From a virus: 64,000 bases of DNA. The DNA lies in the IMG/VR virus record IMGVR_UViG_3300026484_000053, positions 1-64,000 of that record; one strand, 5' to 3'. Positions 38,884 to 47,863 of the stretch are shown piece after piece. Below the pieces are notes generated by a model. The model saw nothing but the letters and a program-made list of their open reading frames with translations, was not told the DNA's origin and ran no database searches. The position numbers were made by a program, and so were the translations under genes. How positions within the stretch are numbered: the first letter of the stretch is position 1; every line of letters starts with the position of its first letter.

Positions 38884-40125
38884 ATGTCACAAAATAAATT
38901 AAGGTTCTTAAATTACGATCAGGAGTTTAAGTTTCAAGGTTTAAAACAAATGAGAGATACAGATGTTTACACTGTAACAGATAATAACTATTTAGCTAAT
39001 TTAACAACTTCCGAAACAGTACTACATGCTGGTAAAAACACATCTGGTCATAAACATGACGGATTAGACGAAGTGTATATGTTTACTAAAGGACATGGAG
39101 ATATCGAAATAGATCAAGTAAGATTTAGTGTAGAAGCAGGCGATATCGTGCATGTTAAAGGCGGCGAATTCCATAAAGTATTTAATACAGGAACTTCTGA
39201 CCTTATATTTGTAGCAATATTTCAAAAGTATACAAGACCAGAAGACGAAGCTATTAGTTCTACTAAAGGTATTCTGTTAGCAGGTGGAAGTGGCACAAGA
39301 TTAAGCCCTTATACTATTACAAGTTCAAAACAAGAGGCAATTGTGTATTCTAAACCAATGATTTATTATCCTTTAAGTACTCTAATGATGGCTGGTATTA
39401 AAGATATTCTTATTATTTCTACTCCTGTGGATCTTCCTAACTATGAGAAGATGTTAGGAGACGGATCTGATCTGGGAATAAACATAGAGTATAAAGTACA
39501 AGAAAATCCAGGTGGAATAGCTGAAGCATTTATCTTAGGTGAAGACTTTATTGATAATCATGATGTAGCACTTATTCTTGGAGATAATCTTTTCTATGGT
39601 GCAGGATTTACTGAAATACTTGAAGGTGCAAGAAGACAGGCGCAAAATGGTAATGGTGTTATATTTGGATATGAAGTTAAAGACCCTGAGAGGTTCGGAG
39701 TGATTGAAGCCCAAGGTTCAAGAATTATCTCTTTAGAAGAAAAGCCACAACATCCTAAGTCAAATATAGCTTCAGTAGGATTATATTTCTTACCTGCAGA
39801 TTGTGTATCAAAAGCAAAGAACATTAAACCTTCTAAAAGAGGCGAACTTGAAATTACAGATGTTCTTAATGAATTTCTATCTGAAGGAAGACTTCAGTTA
39901 AAAGAACTTGGTAGAGGCTTTGCGTATTTCGATTGCGGTACGATTGAGAGCCTATTTGAAGCTTCAAACTTTGTTAGGACGATTGAGAGTTGCACTAATG
40001 CTAAAATAGGATTAATTGAAGAAGTAGCTTATAACAAAGGTTACATCACAGCGGAGCAGCTTAATAAGTGTAAAAAATACGATAAAGTAGAACTTGGTTA
40101 TTACCTAAAATCGATAGCTCAATAG
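38884..40125 (+). CDS. rmlA: N-terminal cupin fused to glucose-1-phosphate thymidylyltransferase
   Basis: GILLAGGSGTRL, KPMIYYPL, GDNLF, PERFGV, EEKP, SKRGELEITD; the first ~125 aa carry GHKH..DEVY..G.FH cupin motifs. Confidence 0.92.
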   Translation: MSQNKLRFLNYDQEFKFQGLKQMRDTDVYTVTDNNYLANLTTSETVLHAGKNTSGHKHDGLDEVYMFTKGHGDIEIDQVRFSVEAGDIVHVKGGEFHKVFNTGTSDLIFVAIFQKYTRPEDEAISSTKGILLAGGSGTRLSPYTITSSKQEAIVYSKPMIYYPLSTLMMAGIKDILIISTPVDLPNYEKMLGDGSDLGINIEYKVQENPGGIAEAFILGEDFIDNHDVALILGDNLFYGAGFTEILEGARRQAQNGNGVIFGYEVKDPERFGVIEAQGSRIISLEEKPQHPKSNIASVGLYFLPADCVSKAKNIKPSKRGELEITDVLNEFLSEGRLQLKELGRGFAYFDCGTIESLFEASNFVRTIESCTNAKIGLIEEVAYNKGYITAEQLNKCKKYDKVELGYYLKSIAQ

Positions 40126-40249
40126 AGCTGAAAGAGAGATAATTACGGGATCATTAATAATACTATTAATAGTAGCAGCACTAGGATTTGTATTCGGAGA
40201 TGGAGCTTTTGGAGCTAAGCTAGTAAATGCTTTTAATTGGTTAAACACT

Positions 40250-40594
40250 ATGCACTACATTGGGTTTATTATCTTAGGTGTTGTTTCATCTGCGCTGTTT
40301 GTTTTTATGACACTAAGTTCTGGAGCTGTAGCGAGTGATAAATTTGGAAAGCTAGGTACAGCGATAACAGCAGGAGCAGGTGGTATTATAGGAATTGTTA
40401 TTGCTATAATTTTATTAGCTTTTCCAGCCGTTAACATATTTGTAACTTACGAAGTTATGTCACTGATAAACGTTGACGCAACATCGATGTCTGAAATAGG
40501 TCAAGATGCTTGGAATATGATATTCATATACGCTTTAATATTTTTAGCTGCTCTTGGCGTTTCATCTGTTAAGAAGAAGCATTTTAAAGATTAG
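40250..40594 (+). CDS. membrane protein
   Basis: Three hydrophobic segments. Confidence 0.55.
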   Translation: MHYIGFIILGVVSSALFVFMTLSSGAVASDKFGKLGTAITAGAGGIIGIVIAIILLAFPAVNIFVTYEVMSLINVDATSMSEIGQDAWNMIFIYALIFLAALGVSSVKKKHFKD

Positions 40595-40596
40595 AC

Positions 40597-40618
40597 GTGT
40601 ATAACGCACGTTATACAC
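40597..40618 (+). terminator. hairpin GTGTATAACG-CA-CGTTATACAC
   Basis: Perfect inverted repeat between genes. Confidence 0.4.
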
Positions 40619-40651
40619 TCAATAAATAACAATAAAACGTAGGATAAAACA

Positions 40652-41575
40652 ATGGATGGAATAAACATCGTAAACGTAATGAATGACTTAATTACTCATT
40701 ACGGAACAACTTATAACTACACTTGTACAGATAATATTAGTCAAGACGATACAACAATTGTTCTTGACAGTGCTGTCTTCCAGTGTGATGGATCTTTAGT
40801 AGGTCATCCGGTAAGTATAACAATAATAGATAATGTTACTACTGAAGAAGAAGATGACGAAGGTAATACAGTAACTACTACAGAGCAAGTACCCCAAGTT
40901 GTTTTTAGCGGTACCATACAAGAGCACGTATCAGGAACTGAATTCACACTAAGCGGTACTATTAACATCGAAAAGAATGACGATGACTGTGATGGAAGCG
41001 ACTCGTGCCAATTAAATCGAACAGCTACAATAGTTGAGATAGGACTTAATCCTAATGTTCTTAGTTTGTGCAACTCTTGTATAGATCAAATGAATTCTGC
41101 TAACGCTGGTATAATGACAGAGTACTACTTTCCTACAACTCATGATACTTTTACGAAATACGCCGATTGGGCTGAAGAAATGATATCTTATGCAGACTCT
41201 TGGAAAGACCCAGACTTTTTAAACAACAAGATGTCAGATTGGATTGTAAAGATGGAAGCACCGAATACTCCATGCGATTTAATTGGAGAAGCTAATATAA
41301 GTGCTTATATTATTAATATAACATCAATGAAAGATGAAGCGCTACAAATGCAAACTGATATTAAGGCTTACTTCGCTAGGTTAAAAAAGAATATTGTTAT
41401 GTGGAAAGTAGAAGCTAAAATGACGTCAGGACAGCCTTCTGATGGGATTTACGGTTCGTTAAGTTCAGAAAGTAAAGCTAAAGTTGATGACTTGTTAGAT
41501 TACAACGCTGCTCACACAGCTGAAGAATATAATGAATATAAGCAGCAGCTAATGCTTGATCTTAAGATAGACTAA
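40652..41575 (+). CDS. hypothetical late (baseplate-region) protein
   Basis: ATAAATA upstream; coupled to the PAAR gene. Confidence 0.55.
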   Translation: MDGINIVNVMNDLITHYGTTYNYTCTDNISQDDTTIVLDSAVFQCDGSLVGHPVSITIIDNVTTEEEDDEGNTVTTTEQVPQVVFSGTIQEHVSGTEFTLSGTINIEKNDDDCDGSDSCQLNRTATIVEIGLNPNVLSLCNSCIDQMNSANAGIMTEYYFPTTHDTFTKYADWAEEMISYADSWKDPDFLNNKMSDWIVKMEAPNTPCDLIGEANISAYIINITSMKDEALQMQTDIKAYFARLKKNIVMWKVEAKMTSGQPSDGIYGSLSSESKAKVDDLLDYNAAHTAEEYNEYKQQLMLDLKID

Positions 41576-41859
41576 TGCCACCAGTAGTACGATTAGGAGA
41601 TAGCTGCTCAGGATGTTGTGCACCACCTGATGTAGCTGTAGGCGCATCAGGAGATGTGCTTGTAAATGGTATGGGTGCTGTTAGAGTAGGAGATCCTTAT
41701 AATCCACATGCTTGCCCTAAAAGTCCACCTCATGGTAGATCAGGAGCTGCAGGCAGTGGATCAGTAATAGTAAATGGAATGCCAGTTCAGCGAGTAGGAG
41801 ATCCTATAGATTGTGGTGCTTCTTGCGTTGCTGGAAGTGGTAATGTACTTGCTAACTAA
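41575..41859 (+). CDS. PAAR-domain baseplate spike tip protein (gp5.4-like)
   Basis: VVRLGD, VLVNG..AVRVGD..PH, VIVNG.PV.RVGD..DCG. Confidence 0.9.
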   Translation: MPPVVRLGDSCSGCCAPPDVAVGASGDVLVNGMGAVRVGDPYNPHACPKSPPHGRSGAAGSGSVIVNGMPVQRVGDPIDCGASCVAGSGNVLAN

Positions 41860-41876
41860 ATTACGAAAGGTTAAAA

Positions 41877-42197
41877 ATGAATAACAATAATAACAATAAC
41901 AAAGCAGTAGAATGCGACATATTAGACGATATTGAGTGTATAGAAAGACGTGATATTAAAACTATAACAGGTAAAGAACTATTAGATAAAGTACAAATAA
42001 CGTACGATAGTGTTAAAGATCTTATTATAGTAAATACAGATAGCTCTTTGATAATTAAGTGTAATAATGTAGTTATAGCTAGTAATACAGATATAGTGAT
42101 GTTATCTGGAGATGCAGTAGGCGCAAAAGGTAACATACAACTTAATCCTACAGGTTTTAAAGGATTATTTAAAAAGATGCTTAATCTCTTAAATTAA
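41877..42197 (+). CDS. hypothetical protein
   Basis: AAAGGT RBS; poly-Asn N-terminus. Confidence 0.55.
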   Translation: MNNNNNNNKAVECDILDDIECIERRDIKTITGKELLDKVQITYDSVKDLIIVNTDSSLIIKCNNVVIASNTDIVMLSGDAVGAKGNIQLNPTGFKGLFKKMLNLLN

Positions 42198-42203
42198 TAT
42201 TAA

Positions 42204-42225
42204 TTTAATATTAGTATGTTATAAT
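42204..42225 (+). promoter_or_regulatory. early promoter with the shared CTATCTAAAAATAAAGGT leader
   Basis: TTTAA...ATGTTATAAT. Confidence 0.7.
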
Positions 42226-42251
42226 ATACTATCTAAAAATAAAGGTTCAAC

Positions 42252-42479
42252 ATGAATTTAAGTAAAAAAATAACAATAGGTGCTAAAATAACTAAAAGTG
42301 CATTTAAAATAGGATTGGTTATTAAGCTACCAAAATTAGGTTCTAAATGGACTATAACTGCGATTGAAGATAATGTAGCTACTCTACTAAGAGAAGACGA
42401 GCAAATGGAAAGAAAAATCAATTATGCAAACATAAATAAATCATGGAGAACAGCTTCTGACACGCTGTGTGATAGTTAA
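42252..42479 (+). CDS. hypothetical protein
   Basis: Follows promoter and RBS. Confidence 0.6.
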   Translation: MNLSKKITIGAKITKSAFKIGLVIKLPKLGSKWTITAIEDNVATLLREDEQMERKINYANINKSWRTASDTLCDS

Positions 42480-42688
42480 TGAGAAATGATAAGCATTATT
42501 TAAGCATCTTAGAACAGTTTGCTGTAGTTAGTAAAGCCTCAGTATCATTTAAAAATGGATTCTACGTAGTAAAGGTGCAAGGAATTTGTAAAGAACAAAA
42601 AGATAAAATTTTAAATACAAGTTACAAACATAAAAAAGTTTCATACGAAGTTCTTAAAAGAATTAAATACACCATAAATACACTGTAA
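42479..42688 (+). CDS. hypothetical protein
   Basis: TAATG coupling. Confidence 0.55.
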   Translation: MRNDKHYLSILEQFAVVSKASVSFKNGFYVVKVQGICKEQKDKILNTSYKHKKVSYEVLKRIKYTINTL

Positions 42689-42711
42689 CTGCACTAGTAA
42701 ATGATAAGTAA

Positions 42712-42876
42712 ATGCTAAGTAACAGAATAAAATTTATGATAACTATGGTAACTATTATGACGTTTGTATTATTGTACATGGTATATACCTTAATAGGGTG
42801 GTTAATTATAGGAGCAGTATTTTTTGGACTTGTTGTATCTACAATGATAACAACATCTCTATTTAACACTAATTAA
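42712..42876 (+). CDS. 54-aa membrane peptide (not in the ORF track)
   Basis: MLSNRIKFMITMVTIMTFVLLYMVYTLIGWLIIGAVFFGLVVSTMITTSLFNTN; co-oriented with its neighbours. Confidence 0.45.
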   Translation: MLSNRIKFMITMVTIMTFVLLYMVYTLIGWLIIGAVFFGLVVSTMITTSLFNTN

Positions 42877-42891
42877 AAATAAAGGAAAGAA

Positions 42892-43887
42892 ATGGATGTA
42901 GAAAAAGTACGAAGTGCAGAAGGCGTAGAAGGCGTACTATGCGCAGAAAAGGTAATACTTGTTACTGGAGGATATGGTTTTATCGGCAGTAACTTCATTA
43001 GATATATGATCGACACGCATAATTATAAGATAGTTAATGTAGATATTTGCACTTACGCTGCAAATGAAAATAACTTAAATGGTTATACTACATCTCCGCA
43101 ATACGTGGAGTACATAAACGATATATGCGATGCTGATGCTATAAGTAAAATTATTAAAAGAGAAAATGTAACAGATATCATACATTTTGCTGCTGAATCC
43201 CATGTAGATATGTCACTAAAAGATCCTAACTTATTTGTTCGAACAAATGTTCTTGGAACGAGTGTATTATTAGAAGCTTTTAAAAGTAACAATTTAACAG
43301 GTAGGTTCCACCACGTTGGTACTGACGAAGTATACGGTGACTTACCTTTTGACACTTCAATGTTTACAGAAGAAACGCCTTATAACCCTAGTAGTCCTTA
43401 TAGCGCTTCTAAAGCTGCATCTGACATGTTAGTTAAATCTTTTAACAGATCTTTTAACATGAACTGTACTATAAGTAATTGCAGCAATAATTACGGTCCA
43501 AGGCAAGACAATACAAAGCTAATCCCTAAGGTTATTGAAAAAACTATTAAAGGCGAAGCGATTCCTGTTTATGGTACTGGAAGTAATGTAAGAGATTGGC
43601 TGTATGTTTTAGATCATTGTAAAGCTATAGATGTTATTTTTCACAAAGCGCAACCTGGTAGTCAATACCTTATAGGTGGAAGAAATGAAAGAACAAATCT
43701 TGACATAATTCATAATATATTTGACATTATGAAGAGCGGCGACATTGAATTTGTAGAAGACAGAGCAGGACATGATAGAAGATACGCTATAAATGCAGCA
43801 AAACTTGAAAATGAACTTGGTTGGAAAGCTGAAGAAACATTCGAAACTGGTATTGTGAAAACGATAAAGTGGTATAAAAGGAGATAA
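42892..43887 (+). CDS. rmlB: dTDP-glucose 4,6-dehydratase
   Basis: VTGGYGFIGSNF, HFAAESHVD, GTDEVYG, YSASK, NCSNNYGP, RAGHDRRYA. Confidence 0.95.
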   Translation: MDVEKVRSAEGVEGVLCAEKVILVTGGYGFIGSNFIRYMIDTHNYKIVNVDICTYAANENNLNGYTTSPQYVEYINDICDADAISKIIKRENVTDIIHFAAESHVDMSLKDPNLFVRTNVLGTSVLLEAFKSNNLTGRFHHVGTDEVYGDLPFDTSMFTEETPYNPSSPYSASKAASDMLVKSFNRSFNMNCTISNCSNNYGPRQDNTKLIPKVIEKTIKGEAIPVYGTGSNVRDWLYVLDHCKAIDVIFHKAQPGSQYLIGGRNERTNLDIIHNIFDIMKSGDIEFVEDRAGHDRRYAINAAKLENELGWKAEETFETGIVKTIKWYKRR

Positions 43888-43888
43888 A

Positions 43889-44350
43889 ATGCGTGGACAA
43901 ATATTACAATATTTGTTAGACAGTGATAAGAAGATTAAAGGTGCTGTATTAATAGGTTCTAGATCTATTAATGTACATGCAGAAAAGTCTGATTGGGATT
44001 TCTGTGTAGACATTGAAATGTGGGATAAGATAACTTATGATGTTGAAGTAGAGTATGGTGGATCAGGTCAAGACACTAATATTATGAGAAATATTGATTC
44101 TTGCAAGTTTACAGAAAACGGTGAAGTAATTAATTTAATATTATTTGATGAATACGGTATGACTAATCAAAGACGTATAAACGCTATTATGAAAAATTTA
44201 CAAGATGCTGTTAGCTATAAAAATGTTAGGCATCAGATAAACGAGGCTATAACTGATCTTATTTACGATGGTAGGCCTATAAGAGGTGAAGGTCATAATA
44301 GTGCGTTAAGAAGTTTAACAATACAAGACGATGACGAAGTACCATTTTAG
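43889..44350 (+). CDS. Pol-beta-superfamily nucleotidyltransferase-like protein
   Basis: LIGSRS...SDWDF motif; C-terminus DDDEVPF. Confidence 0.6.
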   Translation: MRGQILQYLLDSDKKIKGAVLIGSRSINVHAEKSDWDFCVDIEMWDKITYDVEVEYGGSGQDTNIMRNIDSCKFTENGEVINLILFDEYGMTNQRRINAIMKNLQDAVSYKNVRHQINEAITDLIYDGRPIRGEGHNSALRSLTIQDDDEVPF

Positions 44351-44359
44351 GAGATATAA

Positions 44360-45439
44360 ATGAACGAGAATAAACCTCAAATAATATCGATGCACCAGAA
44401 GATAACTTCTTTTAAGAAAGGACAATCCTACACGCATTTACATACAGAGCATATAGCTTCTGTAATAGGTGCAGATGTAAAGTATGACGGAATATACGAT
44501 GATAAGTCGCCTACTTACGTTTACTTAGGTGCAGATTACTTTCCGGTGCTGCCTAATGGAAAGGAGAAAGCTATAAATCTTTACGGTGGACTTACAGAAG
44601 CTTATTATAAGTACTTCGAAAAGTTCGCGTTAAATAAAGCTACGTCTTATATATTAGATTACCCTGTACCTAAAGGATTTTTAAATGCTTTAGTAAAAAG
44701 AGCTGAAAATAAAAGTGCAAGTACATATAAAGGTGCTGAAGTAGAAGTATTAAAAGAATTACGAAATAAGTGCTTAAATTCTACAGTAGTTACCCAAGAA
44801 GATCTTGTAACAGAATCTAATTCTAATATGATGTTTGGCGACTCGCATTCAATTAGTATGACACCAGGTGGAGTACCTTGTACTAAAATAGGTGGAAGAA
44901 CTTTATTCGGTGCAGTTAAAAATAACGTTATTGTGAACGACTTTGGGAAAACTAAAGCTAAACATATTCTTCTTATGATGGGAAGCATAGATATTAGACA
45001 CCACATGTTTAGACAAGAAGATCCTTTTGGTAATATGAAAGAACTTCTTAATGCATATATGAAACAATGCATAGAGCTAGTAAAAAATGGTAAAAGCGTA
45101 GAAATATGCGCACCTGTGCCTATAGAAACAGAAACTAGGAAATTCAGTAAGGATAATGCTTATCCACCAAGAAGTGGAATATTCTTTCACGGTTCTAGAG
45201 AAGAAAGATTGTCATTAACATTATTCTTTATAGACGAAATACGAAGACTTATAGCTCATTTTGGCTATAATGAATCTATAACTCTTTCTACATATCCAGA
45301 AGAATGGTATACAATGAATCCAGCTGATTATGAAACTAAAATGGAAAGAGTAAAAGGAAGTCACGTTAGTATGCTTAATTGCAGAAGACTTAACTTTGGA
45401 AAAATAGGAGATGAAAATGATGAACACGAAGAATGGTAA
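44360..45439 (+). CDS. SGNH-like protein, candidate DNA-sugar modifying enzyme
   Basis: MFGDSHS, GSIDIRHH and C-terminal SHVS; N-half INLYGG echoes the BGT NFFGG motif; resembles a family recalled from T4-like phages with sugar-modified DNA (unverified). Confidence 0.5.
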   Translation: MNENKPQIISMHQKITSFKKGQSYTHLHTEHIASVIGADVKYDGIYDDKSPTYVYLGADYFPVLPNGKEKAINLYGGLTEAYYKYFEKFALNKATSYILDYPVPKGFLNALVKRAENKSASTYKGAEVEVLKELRNKCLNSTVVTQEDLVTESNSNMMFGDSHSISMTPGGVPCTKIGGRTLFGAVKNNVIVNDFGKTKAKHILLMMGSIDIRHHMFRQEDPFGNMKELLNAYMKQCIELVKNGKSVEICAPVPIETETRKFSKDNAYPPRSGIFFHGSREERLSLTLFFIDEIRRLIAHFGYNESITLSTYPEEWYTMNPADYETKMERVKGSHVSMLNCRRLNFGKIGDENDEHEEW

Positions 45440-45845
45440 GGTAGAGAATTCTCTACCTGAAATTACAAATTTTAATGTACTTGGAGACAATCGAGGTAAT
45501 TTAGTAGCAATAGAGCAAAATAAAGATGTACCGTTTGATATTAGAAGAGTATTTTACGTATACGGTACGTCAGATGAGCCGAGAGGTTTTCATGCGCATC
45601 ACTTAACTAAGCAAGCGTTAATATGCTTACAAGGTTCTGTTACAATTGAATTAGACAATGGTACAGATAAAAGAGAGTACTTATTAGACTCTAAAGATAA
45701 AATGCTTATACAAGATAAAATGGTATGGGGAGTTAATAAGAACTTTAGTAAAGATTGCATATTGTTAGTACTTTCGAATATGTCATACGTTAAAGAAGAT
45801 TATATCACTGACTATGAAAAATTTAAATCAATAACGGCGCACTAG
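45411..45845 (+). CDS. fdtA: dTDP-4-keto-6-deoxyglucose 3,4-ketoisomerase (FdtA/QdtA cupin)
   Basis: [23 protein letters not shown]...RGFHAH, CLQGS. Confidence 0.9.
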   Translation: MKMMNTKNGKVENSLPEITNFNVLGDNRGNLVAIEQNKDVPFDIRRVFYVYGTSDEPRGFHAHHLTKQALICLQGSVTIELDNGTDKREYLLDSKDKMLIQDKMVWGVNKNFSKDCILLVLSNMSYVKEDYITDYEKFKSITAH

Positions 45846-46348
45846 TGAGAGGTGCAAACGTTGACATAACTTGCAGTATACATTGCAGCTCTGATGTTAG
45901 TAAAGATGCGCAAGTTGGTAAATTCACTAACATTTGGCAGTTTTGCACTATTATGCGTGGAGCAAGAGTAGGTTCAAGATGTAATATTAACATGAATGTT
46001 CTTGTAGAGACAGGTGGAATAGTAGGAGATAATTGTACTATTAAACCAGGTGTGCAAATTTGGGATGGAATAGTTATAGAAGATGACGTTTTTATAGGTC
46101 CTAATGCGACGTTTACTAATGACGTTTATCCTAAAAATAAAGTGCATTTAAAAGAAAACGAGTCGTATCCTGTAACTACAGTTTGTAAAGGAGCTTCAAT
46201 AGGTGCTAATGTAACTATACTACCTGGTATAACAATTGGAGAGAATTCACTTATTGCAGCTGGTAGTATAGTTACAAAAGACGTGCCTGCAAATAGTGTT
46301 TATAGAAATGAAGTAAAAAGTGTTGTTACTTTAATTAATAAAGACTAA
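45845..46348 (+). CDS. left-handed beta-helix sugar N-acetyltransferase (WxcM/FdtD N-domain-like)
   Basis: [47 protein letters not shown] hexapeptide repeats. Confidence 0.88.
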   Translation: MRGANVDITCSIHCSSDVSKDAQVGKFTNIWQFCTIMRGARVGSRCNINMNVLVETGGIVGDNCTIKPGVQIWDGIVIEDDVFIGPNATFTNDVYPKNKVHLKENESYPVTTVCKGASIGANVTILPGITIGENSLIAAGSIVTKDVPANSVYRNEVKSVVTLINKD

Positions 46349-46655
46349 TATTTGGTAAAGTTTTTGATAAAAATTGGTAGAAAATTGGTAAAGTACTTAT
46401 AAAATATTACTTAAATGTAAAGTAGTTTGTTAATTAAAAATACGAAGTAACGCAGGTAGTACTCTTGGGCTAAACCGTTTAATTTTTAAATTAAAACCGT
46501 ATGAGCAGTTCTGGTGTTACGCTGCGTAAAAGCATACTGCGCGGCACCTTTAAAGATATAATTTATGGCTGTATTATAATATGTGTAATATATGCATATG
46601 TAATATATGTAATATCTTTAACAGCGCTGCGTAACAGTGCAGTTTAACAGTGCAG

Positions 46656-46689
46656 TTTAACAACCATTTAATAATAACTATGTTATAAT
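46656..46689 (+). promoter_or_regulatory. early promoter for the fdtB-bgt operon
   Basis: TTTAA-N6-TTTAA...ATGTTATAAT. Confidence 0.7.
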
Positions 46690-46738
46690 AACATAAATAA
46701 TAACGTAAATACAGCAAAATACAACTTAAAGGAATAAT

Positions 46739-47863
46739 ATGCAAGAAGAAAAAGTAAAGTTTTTAGACATTGGTGCTATAAACTCAAGAGATGAAGCACA
46801 GCTACAAGATGCAGCTAACAGAGTAATTAAATCAGGATGGTACTTAAACGGTAAAGAAAATGAACTATTTGGTAAAGAATTTTCTGAAATTATTGGTACT
46901 AATTATTGCGTACCTTTAGGTAATGGATTAGAAGCACTAGAGATTACTATTAGGGCATATAAAGAATTAGGTTTGTTTAAAGACAATGACGAGATTCTTG
47001 TACCAGCTAACACTTATATTGCTACAATATTAGCGATATCTGAAAATGGTTTAGTACCTGTTCTTATTGAACCAGGCGAAGATCATCTTATAGACGTAAA
47101 CAGATTAGAAAACGAAATTAACGATAAAACAGTTTGCATTTTACCTGTTCACCTTTATGGTAAAACGTGCGACATGAAAACCATAAATGATATCGCTTAC
47201 AGATACGATTTAATTGTTATAGAAGATTGCGCACAGTCGCATTATAGTAAAGACGATCAAGGTAATGTATCTGGTAGTACGTCAGATGTGGGTTGCTTTA
47301 GCTTTTACCCAGGTAAGAATCTTGGTGCGTTAGGTGACTCAGGTTGCATTTGTACTGACGATTCTCAAGTTGCTCAAATGGTTAAAACTATTTGTAACTA
47401 TGGTAGTAAGAAGAAATACTATAATGAAGTAAAAGGTGTAAACTCAAGAATGGATGAAATTCAAGCAGCGTTCTTAAGAGTTAAATTAACAAGATTAAGA
47501 TCAGATACAGCACTTAGACAAAAAGTAGCGCAATTCTACATGAATAATATTGAAAACGTAGATTGTTTACCTAAAATTGGTACTTTAAGTCAACATGCTT
47601 TTCATTTGTTTGTATTAACGATTCAAAATAGAGAAGCATTTATTGAATTTTTAGCTGCTAAAGGCATTGAAACACTTATACATTATCCTGTTGCACCGTT
47701 TAATCAACAATGCTATAAAGATGAATTCTTTCCAAAGGATTTTCCTATAACAGCTGAAATACACGATAAAATAATTTCAATACCTTTAAGCCCTGTAATA
47801 ACACTTAAAGAGCAACAAAGAGTAGTAGATGCTATTAACTCTTATTTTAAAGAGTCTTTATAA
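46739..47863 (+). CDS. fdtB: DegT/DnrJ PLP aminotransferase (dTDP-3-amino-3,6-dideoxyhexose transaminase, FdtB/QdtB-like)
   Basis: LGNGLEAL, VPANTYIAT, PVHLYG, EDCAQSH, SFYPGKNLGALGD, GVNSRMDEIQAA, LIHYP. Confidence 0.9.
   Translation: MQEEKVKFLDIGAINSRDEAQLQDAANRVIKSGWYLNGKENELFGKEFSEIIGTNYCVPLGNGLEALEITIRAYKELGLFKDNDEILVPANTYIATILAISENGLVPVLIEPGEDHLIDVNRLENEINDKTVCILPVHLYGKTCDMKTINDIAYRYDLIVIEDCAQSHYSKDDQGNVSGSTSDVGCFSFYPGKNLGALGDSGCICTDDSQVAQMVKTICNYGSKKKYYNEVKGVNSRMDEIQAAFLRVKLTRLRSDTALRQKVAQFYMNNIENVDCLPKIGTLSQHAFHLFVLTIQNREAFIEFLAAKGIETLIHYPVAPFNQQCYKDEFFPKDFPITAEIHDKIISIPLSPVITLKEQQRVVDAINSYFKESL

Noticed and set aside
42663-42869. Minus-strand ORF from the track
   Set aside because: A co-oriented + strand membrane peptide (42712-42876) explains the region better.
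46349-46738. tRNA, tmRNA or SRP RNA in the largest intergenic gap
   Set aside because: No T-arm or acceptor stem, no tag frame, and the CAGG/AGCAG spacing does not fit SRP helix 8. No tRNA was recognised anywhere in the window by eye.
38884-47863. Host O-antigen locus, i.e. chromosomal or prophage-flanking DNA
   Set aside because: The genes are interleaved with PAAR and other phage genes, use phage promoter motifs, and lack wzx, wzy or ABC export genes.
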